DNA of 63,761 nucleotides, the filler included, from Elsinoe ampelina (Eukaryota): assembly GCA_010093995.1 (NCBI GenBank). It is 8 parts of 4 records of this genome, joined end to end, with 100 filler letters (N's around TTAATTAATTAA, not from the genome) between each part and the next. Parts side by side here need not be neighbours in the genome. Positions count along the whole stretch, not along the records: positions 13,187 to 27,491 come from ML992508.1; 7 more parts are not named here. One strand, given 5' to 3'. This document shows positions 13,087 to 25,987 of this stretch, piece after piece. The notes under the pieces were generated by a model, which worked only from the letters and a program-made list of their open reading frames with translations, searched no databases and was not told the DNA's origin. Position 1 is the first letter of the stretch. Each line of letters starts with the position of its first letter. The position numbers and the translations under genes were made by a program.

Positions 13087-14440
13087 NNNNNNNNNNNNNN
13101 NNNNNNNNNNNNNNNNNNNNNNNNNNNNNNTTAATTAATTAANNNNNNNNNNNNNNNNNNNNNNNNNNNNNNNNNNNNNNNNNNNNCTCTATTCTTACTA
13201 TAGGTTAAGAATAATAATATAGATACTACTACTACTCTATAGACTAGTATAATAATATTAATATTAGTATTAGAGTGTTTATCTAATTTACCTACCTTAG
13301 TAGGTTCTCTAGATTCTTTAATAGCTACTTAATCTTTAACTTTTTTAGTCTTTAACTTATTACTTTTACTTTTAGCCTTTATATCTTTATTATTTAACTT
13401 ATCTTTATTATTTCTTTTACTTTAACTCTTTAGTACTTTCTTAGGGTACTACTTAAAGTAATCTATATTAGAGTAGATATAATAAGTATACTAAGTATAT
13501 TAATCCTTAATATAACTAGCTACTCTATAAATAGAGTTTAGATTAGTTTTTCTATTATATAAGGGCTTCTATATTCTAAAAGAGCCTATTATCTCTTTAA
13601 GACTCTTCTTATAGTTAAGGCTAGATCTTTAGCTCCTTAACTATTTAGTAGTTTCTATTCCTATAATAAATATAGTCTTAATATAGTATAGAGAAAGCCT
13701 AAACTTATCTAGTTTAGTACTAATAGTGCTTACTCTTTACTCTATAGTAATAGTATATTAATAATAGTACTTTATAAAATCTTTATAGTACCTTTAGGTA
13801 TTATAACTTATTATAATTACCTTATTAAAGTTATAGATAGCTATATATAGCTTATATAAAATAACAAGTTTAAATATAGCTTTAATAGTATTTAGAAGTT
13901 TCTTTAAAGTCTTCTAAGTTATACTATAGTAAGGTCTAATAGATTTATAAATCCTTATTATAATAATACTATAAGTAATTCTATTATTCTTATACTAGGT
14001 CTTATTCCTAACCTTATAAACTACCTTAGTACCTTTACTAGTATTTAGGGCTAGTTCTTTAGGCTTTATAACTACTAGTATCTAGTTAATATTATAAATT
14101 ATATATCTAAGTATATCCTTTTTAAGGAGGGCTACCTTAAGGATTAATCTCTAAGCATTATAGTTACTTCCTCTCTTAAGAATCTAAGTCTCAAGCATTT
14201 TTACTAATCTAGACATAATAATAGTAATTAGCTAAAGGCCTATTAATTTAATTAATGTAATTAGCTTATTTAAGCCATTTAAACTATTTAATTAAAGGGT
14301 TAATACGGGCTACTATAAGTGTTTATCTTAATATAGCTAGTCTAGAATTTAGTATAGGCGGCTTAGTAATCCTTTTAATAATGACACGCTTAATTTGCTA
14401 TAGCTTTAAGTGCTTTTGTAGAAGCGCCGGGCTTATAACC

Positions 14441-14582
14441 TATTATAACTAGTAAATCGGACTGAGAGATATATATTTTATTCAGAGAGTTACAATAACC
14501 AATTTATCTACTGTGCATGCGCTGACTCATTAGTACCAGTTCTTCAGTACCAGAGAAGCTGTACCAGCCTTCCATTACAACA
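14441..14582 (-). repeat. Copia family 1 LTR (5' LTR of copy B)
   Basis: TATTATAAC...TTACAACA, adjacent to the PBS complement. Confidence 0.92.
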
Positions 14583-15770
14583 ATGACGGCAGCGAGCGAG
14601 GGATGTTTCGAGTCCCGAATGTGCAGCCTCGCTTTTCGTATTCGGCATCACCGCTAGTGCGAGGAAAGTGGACCTCCCGTGCGTCTGGCGATATGGTCGA
14701 CGCATTGCCTTGACTGTCGCACCATGCAGAGGCTAACGATGGATGCTACCAGGATGTGCGGACTGTAGAGAAATTTGTGAATTGCACTTGTCAGCTGCTG
14801 GAGCTCTAGTAGTTGGCACCAAAAATATACTACCAGATGAGCAACCATGGTCGCAGAAGCCCCTGGAATGATGCATCTGACTGGTACCATGCGGTCGCAC
14901 GAACAGTTTCTGTGTGCGCCCACCTGGTATATAGGATTTTTCCTCAATCCTACCACTCCACAGGAATGCGCTGCTGCCGCCACCAGCACTAGACGAATCC
15001 CGAACATGCCACAAAGCCGTACATGTCCGTCTTATTCCAATGCAAACGACAATTCGGCAAGACTACAGCAGTCACTGTCAGTGTGTTGTACTCTATAATC
15101 TTTGGACCTTCGCTCAGTTGCCGCTGTGCTCCGCAGTCGTGGTCGACTGGAAGCGAGTCCGCAAGATCCAGACATGTCTCGTTCCTATCAGCCGGGCCAG
15201 CCAACATATGGGTCGACAGCAAGCAGAGTCCTCCTGACAAGACATCAAGTGATTGGTCTCCAGAATGTTTAGAGTTGTTTTCGATCCGCAAAGAGCTCAC
15301 CTTGATGTGAATGCGTCGAGCCTGTCCTACCAGAGATCTTCTCGATGAGACGAGCTGATGGTGCGGAGTGACCATAGCTTGCTGCCCGCCCAGCTACACT
15401 GGGAATCCAGGCTGCGCGGGCGGAAGACTGGGTGCAGCGTAGCATGATCAATCATGTGATACTCGACGGAAACGAAATGTCAGAGGGTCATAGTGTCTTC
15501 TTGATCATATGTATCCAATGGACGGAGCATGCGAGAACATGAGCAAATTTGCCAAGAGACGAAGTGGTAAGATCGCGGTGGTGAAATATGGGGACAGTCA
15601 CGTGACTGTGTCTTGCCAGATTCAGGCGAGGCGGATATCGAGCGAGTAACTCACGCATGATCGCTGCCATGATTCGATACGTGATGGTAAGTCAGCAGAG
15701 ACTACGACTACTGATGTTTGAAAGAGATCGAATACAATTGTCTATGTGTACAGCATCATCTCACTTCCAT

Positions 15771-17263
15771 CTATGAAGAATTGCTATTATCGGCGCAAGA
15801 GAAGGCCGAACTGATAGTGCCATTGCTGTAAGCCTCCCTGATCTGTTCGATAACTCCGTAAGTGCCTCCCACGCATAGGAAGAGACCAAGGATGATGATC
15901 GCCACGTTGTATGCCCAGTAGAGCTTCTTCAGGATGGACCCCTTCCTGTAGTGGCCAAAGTCATGGAGCCAGAGCCAACCGGGAAGACTGAGTGCCAGAG
16001 GTGCGAAACACAAGCTCCCTGCCAGAGCGAGAATGTAGTTAAAGATGGGAATTCCGGAGGCCACGAGAAAGGCGATAATCGAAAGGCCGATATTGCAGCC
16101 CAGCCAAACGGACCAGTGAACGAAACTGTTCTTTTGCAGATGCACCGAGTCTCGTAGCACACGTACGAAGATACTCTTGCTGCTGACGTGTATGTACAAC
16201 ACGGCCGAGACTAGCAGCCCCGCGAAGCCGACTCCAAAAGCTACCTTCTTCAATACTTCGCCTCCGGAGCCAAGCGACGGTGAGGCAACCCATTGGCCGC
16301 AATACCGGTAGACGACGAGACTGAAGGTGAGGTAAGAGGCCGTGACGACAGCCATACACAGGTAGACAGCTTTGTTGTAGTCTCGAGGTCGCTTCATTTC
16401 CGAGATGACCGGTAGGAAGGCGGAGGTTCCGGCGCCAGAACAAAAGATGGTCGAAGCGGAGACGATGCCAGCAGCGAACGTAGACTGTCCAATGATACGA
16501 TAACCGAGATCGAAGTCTCCGGTTTGCGGGGCTGCTGCAGGGCGGTCGCGCGTGGTCACGCCGACACTGTGACGCATCAGCAGTGGAAGATGGCGTAGGG
16601 ACAGAGGACTCACACAACGATGAAGACAGCGATATAGACGGAAAAGAAACCAAGCCATGTCAACCATGCAATCTTCTCAAACTTCCGAACACTGGCCAGT
16701 ATAGCCACCATGATGGTGGCTATGATAGAGAAGTAGTTGGTACAAAGAGAATGATTGGAGAGCGCATTCAATGCGGTTGAGACACCAACGATTCCGGAAG
16801 CAGCGACGATGATGAAGGCTAGGAGAAATAGAGCATTGGCGATCTCTTTTGCCCATTTGCCGCCCACCACGTTGGCCATATCACCAATGCTATGACATCC
16901 GGCGTGCCTATTGCGGAAGTTGCCTTGAACGATGGCGCAATAGGTGTTGAGTCCCTGCCAGCCGAGCACGTTGATAGCACCAGGCAATGCTCCCAAGACG
17001 TACATCGCCGATGGGATGGTCAGTACACCGGTTGCGAAGATGACTGAGAATTGCTATCAGTATGGCATGGGAAAAGGGACGACAGGACACTTACCCTTCA
17101 GGAAGATCACTGATGTAGCGATCCATCCAACAGTCCTGAAATCCACCGCACCTTCTTGCCTCTTGAAGACTTCGAAGTCATCCTCAGCATTCTTCGTGAT
17201 GCTGTCGGTGCCGCTACGATCGTCCGGAGTAGGCTCGATGACGTCTGCGTGCTTCTCAGACAT
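15771..17263 (-). CDS. Amino acid/auxin permease (AAAP, Mtr-like) neutral amino-acid transporter, 3 exons
   Basis: MSEKH..VDFRTVGW..IFLK/VIFATGVLTIPSAMY; GTSAFLPVISEMKRPRDY; many TM segments; C-terminal FSCADNS. Introns ~17094-17044 and ~16615-16568. Confidence 0.9.
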
Positions 17264-17893
17264 GATGAGGGTGAGGCAATGAGATGGTGAGTAGAGGAGA
17301 GTGGTAGGAGGGAATGTTGTGTCAAAGAATTCTGATACGAGGGCATCCCAAACACTATATAAGATCGGCAAGAACAGATATCAAGATCAAGAAGGGTTAC
17401 TGATAAACGTAATCTGGGGAAAGACATGGTTCAAAGCATGTCCCCTGCCCTAACGCTGATAAACATGTTTGAGATCCACCTGCTCCAACGACTCCAACCA
17501 TACTGTGGTACATCACCTCCAATGGACCGTTGACAAGTCAACCAAGCACGAAACCTCCAATTCTGGGATAGGATGCATCTCTCTACATGAGGAGATATCA
17601 ACGTCAACATTTTTGATGAGATATCAGTATGTATGTCGTGGGCAAAGAATTTGAGGAGATAGAGTGATGTCTCCAAATTGACCCGGCTTGCTGACGTCAC
17701 CTCCCACGACACCTCCAAATCCCGCTTTTCTCATTCTCGTCGCCGATCGGTACTGTAAATCATGCTAATTGTGCAGTCATAACCAGCACATGGCGAGGTA
17801 CTGGCCCGTTATCTCGTACACATCTTGTACATCGATTGAATGGCTTGAGAGTGGTACGGCCCAGCCTTAGCAAGATTGCTCATCCCACCAGCA

Positions 17894-19070
17894 ATGACAC
17901 AGGAACACGGTGCCAATACAATGCAAGCCGCCCAGATCATTGAGGTAGGCAAACAACTACGTGACCGACGTCTGACTTACAGACAGCACAGTTTGGCAAA
18001 CCATACAAGTTGAGCAATGTTCCAATTCCAGAGCTGCCTGAGGAGGGTCTTCTCGTCAAGGTGCACGCAGCAGGCTTCTGCCACTCAGACTTACAAGTCT
18101 TCGAGGGACAATTCGCTGCAGACTTGCCAATGATACCATCTCACGAGCCTGCCGGTGAGATTGTTGCTGTTGGCGGTAAAGTGGAAGGCCAGTGGAAAGT
18201 AGGTGATCGGGTAGGTGTGCTCAATTACAAGCATGCCTGTGGCATTTGTCCTGGCTGCAAGCAGACTATCCGAAGAACGTCAAAGACGGACCCGAGATTC
18301 TGTGAGAAGCGAAAGATGGCTGGGTTCAAGCATGATGGATGCTTTGCCGAGTATATGGTAGCTGATCCAGCAACCACGGTCAAATTGCCAGCCACGGTGT
18401 CGTTCGAGCAAGGTGCACCGCTGATGTGTGCAGGAGTGGGTCACCAAAACTTGAAGAGGATTTACCCAGCATTGACATTGTACAGGCTACAGCTTGGGGA
18501 GCACTTCAAAAACTATTGCCTATGGTGAAAGCAGGCGATCCAGTGGCAATAGTCGGTATCGGCGGAGTAGGCCATCTCTGCCTCCAATTCGCAAAGGCAA
18601 TGGGGTTCAGAGTCGTCGCCGTGGATACAAGAGACGCTGGACGAATTCTAGCGACTGAGATGCCTTCCGAACTCAAGCCTGACTTAATTGTGGACCCAAT
18701 GTCTTCTTCTGTCAAGCAGCAGTTGTACGACTTCACTGCTGGTGAAGGTCTCGCTGGCGCAGTCGTTTGTACAGATTCTCACCAAGGTACCATGTGGACA
18801 TACGAACAACTAGGTATAGGAGGAGTAATCGTGCCTCTCGGCTTACCAAGGGATCACTGGCAATTCGATTCCAGCTTGATGGTTTTCAAGGAGCTTGTGA
18901 TTCGTGGCAGCTACGTCGCAAGTACCTACCAGGTGCAGCAGATGCTCGAATGCGTCGGCAAGCACAAGATAGAGTCACAAGTCACGGTGGTCAACTTTGA
19001 TGACATCCCAGGCATCGTCGACAAATATCTGCAACAATCGATGAAGGGACGTCTAGTAGTCCGAATATAG
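17894..19070 (+). CDS. Zinc-dependent medium-chain alcohol dehydrogenase, 3 exons
   Basis: GFCHSD, SHEPAG (GHE variant), GDRVG, structural Zn CGICPGC...C, APLMCAG, GIGGVG. Introns ~17945-17991 and ~18437-18485. Confidence 0.92.
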
Positions 19071-19401
19071 TCCGCAGCATGGTCTCAAAACGCTTGCCTA
19101 TCACAGAATCCCTTACTTGGCTCCACAATCACACGAGATCAGCATCGAGCGCTGCTATGACTTCGCTTCACGATCAACCCGTCGTTCCCCACAATGGGTC
19201 GGCAAATGGTTGTGGGGCTAGCACAAGGTCGAGCTTCAAGCCCGTTGGAGACACCTCCAACTCCTCGGGCATGCTATCAGCGCCACATGAGCTGCCGATA
19301 CTTGACTCCAACAACACGAGATATCTGACCCGACTTCACTCTATCAATGAGCCTTTGCAAGTTTGGTCTAGCCCGGCAAGTTATCGCAACTCACATGCAA
19401 G

Positions 19402-21115
19402 ATGTCGGTCTTCTTCGATTCAACGCTTAGGTAGTATCCCGCGAAACCTTTGAATTGCTCATCAATTGACCATTTGACAGGGATGATCTTGTGTCAAAGG
19501 GCGATGTCGAGTCACTTCTATCATCGATCGGTGTGGCGAAAGGTATCAACGGGAATGAGTCCGACGAGTATCATGTACTTCTTGCCGCCGTCCACGACTG
19601 CGCCGAGAGAGTTCTGTCACTCCCGGATTATCATGGTGTTCAGCCCGTCAAGTCATACCCTCGAGAGAATGTTCGTCGCTGTCCCCAAGACGAACAGGAA
19701 TTTGGGCATGCTTGGTCACACAAGTTTCTGATTCGTGGTGATGCCACGGGTGACCTTCTGAAGAATAAGAAGGTAGTCATGAAAGATTGTATCTCTGTTG
19801 CCGAAGTCCCACAGCTCTTCGGGACTGATGCGATCGAGCCGTGGATTCCGCAACGAGATGCCACTGTTGTCACCAGGGTTCTTGAAGCTGGAGCGGATGT
19901 TGTCGGAACTGCTATTTGCGAGAATTTCTGTACATCGACATCCTCCTACACCAATGCTCAAGGTACGGTAGAGAATCCGTATGCGGCAGGGTTCTCTGCA
20001 GGTGGTAGTACTTCGGGTGGCGCTGCCTTGGTCGGAGGTGGAATTGTTGACTTGGCCATTGGTGCCGATCAAGGTGGTAGTATCAGACTTCCTGCATCGT
20101 TGTGTGGATGTCAGTGACCCATATCTCATTATCTGTCCATCAAATACTAATATGCCTCACAGGCGTTGGCATCAAGCCTACCCACGGACTCGTGCCGTAC
20201 ACCGGAATCACGAGCGGCGATGCCATCAGCGATCATGCTGGTCCCATCGCACGCACGGTGAAAGAAGCCGCGGCTTGCCTGGACGCAATTGCTGGACAGG
20301 ATCCGTATGATGACCGCACACTTGGCGCTCCAGCGATGGGTACAACCACATTCTCGACTTCACTTGGATCCCGAAGCAACCACGCTGAAAACCTACGTAT
20401 CGCTCTAGTCGAGGAAGGCTTCAATCATCCGCTCGTCAATGCTTCTGTCCGCGAAACAGTTCTTGCAGCGGCTCACAAATTCACATCTCTGGGCGCAACA
20501 GTTACACCTGTCTCACTACCATCCCATCTTCTTGGTCCATCTCTATGGACTATACAACAACGAATTGCAGGCACACAGTCTATCCTAGGTCAGCAGCACG
20601 GCCGCCGGGGACTGTTTCCCACCGATTTCGAAGCGGTCAGGGGCCCGTGGACAGACGAATCATTCAGTCGTCTCTTTCCATCGACCAAGAACGTAGTCAT
20701 TAACGGCTTGTCTCTTATGAAGCGCTATCCGGGTGTGTACAGCAAGGCACTCAACCTCGCTCAGCAAGTCAAAGACGAGTACGAAGCGCTGTTCCAGGAC
20801 TATGATGTTGTCATCATGCCTACTGTACCAGTACCCGCACCAAGAAATTTGAACTACCACAAAGGTGTGGGACCCATGGAGGCATTGAGGCCTAGCATGG
20901 GTCTCACAATCAATACTGCCATCTTCAACCTCACAGGTCAACCAGCTCTATCCTTACCTGTGGGCTTTGTGGATGTAGATGGAAGTGGAGCAGAGAAGGT
21001 ACGATTGCCGGTCGGTATGCAGATCGTCGGTCCTCTTTGGGGAGAGCAAAAGATATTGGATGCCGCATTTGCATGGGAGCAGGCCAACGACTGGCGGACG
21101 TTCCGACAGGGATGA
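19402..21115 (+). CDS. Amidase-signature family amidase, 3 exons
   Basis: Exon 1 MSVFFDSTLR (19402-19430), intron 19431-19480. Motifs KD, GGSTSG, GADQGGSIRLPAS, GIKPTHG, LPVGMQIVG. Intron ~20110-20162. Confidence 0.92.
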
Positions 21116-21394
21116 CAGGAACATCAAGCATGATGAATGGCAATCTATGATGCTAGATAATGCAAAATCATACGAGTAGGAAGTAGATGAACAATTATAC
21201 TGTAGATCGTCCCCTCCGACATGTGATACTGGTCCATGAGCTCCGTCGTTGCAACCTCACAGAAGAACAGTACCAAAGCTCTCAGTAAACCTGTTCTCGA
21301 CCTAAATCATTTTTGCCACATGACTCTCTCATCAGATCCATGCCACTGTGAAAGCTCAAACCTGCCCCAAATCACATAGTATGCTCAGCCCAAA

Positions 21395-22297
21395 TCAATT
21401 GATTGTGTAACCTCCATCGACCACGAGAGCCTCTCCGACTATGAACGATGCTTTCGGTGATGACAAGAATAGTACCGCATTGGCCACCTCCTCGGGCGTA
21501 CCTATGGCAAAGTCAGTCTTCGTTGAGCCGCAACCATTACGCTGTACGTACCCATCCTTTTGACCGGAGCAATGTCGATAGCTGGCTTCAACGACTCGTA
21601 CATTTCCTTGGAACTCATGGTCATGGGAGTTGCAATGACCCCTGGGCAGACACAGTTCACCCTTATCCCATCTTCGGCATAGTCAATCGCAAGAGCTCTG
21701 GTCATGTTGATGACGGCTGCTTTTCCGGCACAATATGCAGCTGCAAAAGATCAGTACAGTCAACTTCTGTAAAGACAACATCCAATTACCGGCACCCGGG
21801 CGGGCAACGATTCCAAGCTGACTGGCAATGTTGACTATGGAGCCTTTCTGCTTTGGTTGCTCATCGAGCGGTTCTTGCTTGAGCATTTGCTTGAGCTGGG
21901 CTCGACAACAAAGCCAGACACCTCGATAATTGATGCTGTTCATTGTGTCGAATTCTGCGGCGCTCATATCGGCGGCTTTACCGAGCTCCTTGCCAAGTAT
22001 ACCGGCGCAATTGATGCCATAGTCGATCCTTGAGAAGCGCTCGACCACGCCACCGATCAAGCTGTCGACAAAGGCCTCATCGGCAATATCTCCTGATTTC
22101 GCAAATATCTCAGCAGAGGCATTGACGTTCAATATGTCTTTCCGGGTCTTTTCCAATGTGGCATCATTGATATCTGTGATTGCTATTCTCTGGCAACCCG
22201 ATGCGGCCAACCCAGTAGCCACAGCATTGCCAATGCCGGTACCACCAGCGCCTGTGATCAAAGCGACACCTGCGAATTCGCCTGTAGTGGATGCCAT
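21395..22297 (-). CDS. Short-chain dehydrogenase/reductase (classical SDR), 3 exons
   Basis: [43 protein letters not shown]. Introns near 21790-21742 and 21547-21502. Confidence 0.9.
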
Positions 22298-22609
22298 CTC
22301 CCTACCATACAAAAACAGCTTCCTACCTTCCACGACAACTGCTATTTTCAGATTGGAGCTTTGAATACCACCTTGGACCCTTGCAAGCAAATTAGACTTC
22401 GATCACGACCATGTCGACGGATGAGGGGTACATGCGCGAGGGGAGATAGCAAATTGGAGACGTCTCAACGGGCTCCACAGGTGTTTCTGATTGATCAAAG
22501 CTTATCGGCTCCACCACCTCCAGCAAAAACTGGTGTCCCTCCCACTGTTCGCTCCATCCTCTCCAATCCTCCTGTCCTCACCACCAAACCCCATACACGA
22601 CCATGTGCG

Positions 22610-25259
22610 ATGGTTGTACACTCGGACCAACGTTCGGGAGCAGTGCCTGGAGTCGACCAAGACGGTGACACCCGCTCACCACGAAGGAGTTCCATTCAGA
22701 GCAACCTCCGAGAACAACGACATCCCCACACGTGCACTCACTGCTCCCGGCATTTCAAGAGAGCCGAGCATCTGCGTCGGCATACGCGAGTTCGTGCGTG
22801 TATCATTTGCTGCCAAGTAGCTTGTTCTGACGTATCAAGACACCGGCGAGAAGCCTTACAAATGTTTCTGCGGAGAGACCTTTGCCCGTCGTGACCTCCT
22901 CACCCGCCACGGCAAGATCGCGAAGCATGATGTGGATGGAGGTCAGATGGAGGCTGTCGCCCACATCCTGGCGGGACAGCTGCAGACCACTAACAGCCAG
23001 CACAACCAACATGCGAATGTCCAACCCTTGCATGACACTGTGATGCCAACCCCGAGGCAGTCGTTGCCGCAGGACGACATGCCGCAGGTGGATCCCTCGG
23101 CTCCGTCGCTGCAAGACATGCCAATGGAGCAGTATGAGCCTTACTATGACGATAGTATCGATACCTTTCGGGACTTTGTCGCCTTCATCGATGGTGTGGG
23201 CATGTCCGCTTCATGGACACCTGAATTCGACTTTGATTGTACAGGAAACACGAATGATTACAATGAGCAGCAACAGTTGTCCGGTCAGCTGGACACGCCG
23301 CCAAATGACGATGCAGATGAAATTGGCACTCCTTTCAGCACGTGGCTCCCATCCGCTCCGGCGAATGGACAAATTGTGTCTCCCGAGGCCGTCAATGGTA
23401 GGTCGTTGCTCCGTTCCCATTGCACGATCTTCGTTCCACCTGTTCATGTTTGTCTAGAAGACAGTTCAGTACTGATCATTGTGCAGAGCTCCGGCATAGA
23501 GGCTCAAACAGGCCTCCTTACCATGTCTCGGAGGATCAAAGAAGCCTCATGATAGCCTCGCTGCAGAGCTTCCAAGGATCCACTTCCGACTTTGTCCTAC
23601 CCTCACGGCATGCCTTAACACGATACTTGACGGCTTGGTTCTCCGGCTTCCACTCACATCTTCCTTTCATCCACGAGCCTACATACCGACCGTCAAGATC
23701 ACCGATCGAATTGACACTAGCCATGTGCTCGGTTGGTGCGCAATACTGCTTCGAAAGAAGGAACGCCGAGAGGCTTTTTCATGCATCAAAAGCGGTCATG
23801 TATGAGCGACTCGCACGAGAATCTCACAGTCTTGGACCATACACCAAGCCCCTTGCATCTTCGCGCCGACGAAATAGTTCAAGTCCAGTCTTTGCACCAG
23901 AACGATGCGGGCCCTGGACGCTGCTGGATCTAGCCAAGACGATATTTGCATTGGTGGGGTTCGCTACTTGGGAACGAGCCGATTTGCTACAAGAAGCTTT
24001 CGCACTCCGAGGACTACTAGTAGCCAGCCTCCGTGACCTCGGCCTTGAGGAAGAGCGACAGCCAATCACCTCGTCATCGTCCAAATCAGCCATGTGGGAT
24101 CAGTGGGTACGGCGGGAGTCGGCGCGACGGACAAAGCTGATGATATTTTGCTATTTGAATGTCCACAGCGTCGCCTACAATTCGCATCCACTACTTTGGT
24201 CAAGCGAGGTACACCTACAGCTACCCTGCTTGACGCAAGACTGGCAAGCTCGCACAGCATCGCAGTGGGCAGGACTACAAAGGGACGGGAAGTCGGAGCA
24301 AATGTATTTGCAGCAAGCATTGTCGTTATTGCTGGCTGGCGATGACAATGTTCACAAGGTCGACCCCATTCCGAGTCCGCTGGGGAACTACATCCTCTTG
24401 CATGCGCTGCTGCAGCGTATACATCTGGTACGAGAGCTGAGTCTGCCTGGACCTGGTACGGCAAGTCTACCAATCTCTGAGATGCAAAGTATCAGGTAAG
24501 CATCCCGCCCTCAGCTTCAAAACAGGCACACTGACAATTAACGATAGCCGCGGCTTGAGACACTGGACATCAATGTGGCAGCAAGCACCAGAATCCATGC
24601 TCGATCCGAATAACGAGAACGGTCCTGTTCCGTTCACATCTAGCGCCCTTCTGGGTGTCGCTTACATCCGACTGTCTCTCAACATCGGCCCACACCGGCA
24701 CCTCGAGACTCGTGATCCAGATGCCATCGTCGCCGGTCTGGCATTGATGCCCAGGATCGAGTACAATGACAGCTTTCACTCAGCTTTGTTGTACTCTACG
24801 CATTCCCTCAGCATCCCCGTTCGTCTAGGCATCGATCGAGTAGCCAGGAGCCAGGCCTTCTTCTGGAGTGTACAGCATGCACTGTCTAGTTTTGAATGCG
24901 CCACGTTTCTGTCGAAGTGGCTAATGTCTTTGCCCACTGGGTCCAATAGTCGTTCTTTGTCCGGTAAGCCATCCACCCATTCTTGCAGGGCATCTGGCTA
25001 ACAGCTCATAGGCTTCGAGCGGCACATTATCCACTGGGTGCAGTGCATCGTCAAAGAGGCATATGCTGTGGTTGACTTTGAGGAGGCAGAGCTACCTATG
25101 CCCACCGAGCCATACGATCTTGGGGTTGCGGTGTTACGGATCTGGAGCCGTTTCCTCAAGACCAATACACAGTGGCAATTTGTAGCTGTTCTCGGGCAGA
25201 GTCTGGAGAAGCTGATGGGGTCGATGAATGAGTCGTCGCCAACGGCGCTCAGAGGCTGA
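22610..25259 (+). CDS. C2H2 zinc-finger plus fungal-specific (Fungal_trans-like) transcription factor
   Basis: [43 protein letters not shown] across intron ~22790-22839; FHSHLPFIHEPT, ESARRTK, HLQLPC. Divergent from the SDR. Confidence 0.9.
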
Positions 25260-25987
25260 ATAGGGGTCGGAGTATACCTGGAGGATATCATGAGCTACGA
25301 CATTATGCAGACACGATTGTATGTATATCAATTGTCTTTCACAACAATCACTATGAATATTAATAATCGAGCAATCGTTCATGACCATGAAATCCAGGAT
25401 GGGGGTCACCCTGTTCCATTTCAGCCAATCACAGTCCACCCCTCTATTTACCCCCACCCTCGATTGCCTCGCGCAGCAGCAAGCGCCTGTTGTAACTAGC
25501 AAATCGGATCGAGAGATGTGTATTTCATTCAGAGAGTTACAATAACCGATTTATCTACTGTGCGTGCGCTGACTTATTAGTGCTAGTTCTTTAGTACTAG
25601 AGAAGCTATACTAGCCTTCTATTATAACACTCCCTCTCTAGTATAGATTATTAAAGCTAGAGAACTGTCCTATTATATATAAGTAAAGTAATTAGCTTAT
25701 TACTTTATCTCTTTATAATTGTTAGTACTAGCTAATCACTAGTAAGAATTTACTATTAGATTAGCTTATCACAGCTAGCAACAATAGTAACTATTAATAA
25801 TAACTAGGCAGCTATTGTCTCTATTGTTCTATATAAATAGATTAGCTTATAAATCTTAACAAGGGAGATATAAGTATCTAGCTAACTTCTTTATAGTTTC
25901 TCTTTCCTTTATTACACTTATAATAATAGCCTACTATTTTATATTCTACTTTTATACCTTCTATAGCATAAACTAACTCCTTATAGT

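Larger units (their letters stand above)
3966..14582 (-). mobile_element. Copia family 1, copy B (possibly chimeric), with nested Gypsy; RIP-degenerate and gapped
   Basis: LTRs at 3966-4107 and 14441-14582. PPT complement CTCCTCCTCT follows the left LTR; PBS complement GGGCTTATAACC precedes the right LTR. pol remnants ~5920-6451. Flanks GAAAA and ATGAC do not form a TSD. Confidence 0.85.

Noticed and set aside
14583..15700. Several overlapping 60-130-aa ORFs
   Set aside because: No coherent gene model or domain; probably intergenic or a remnant.
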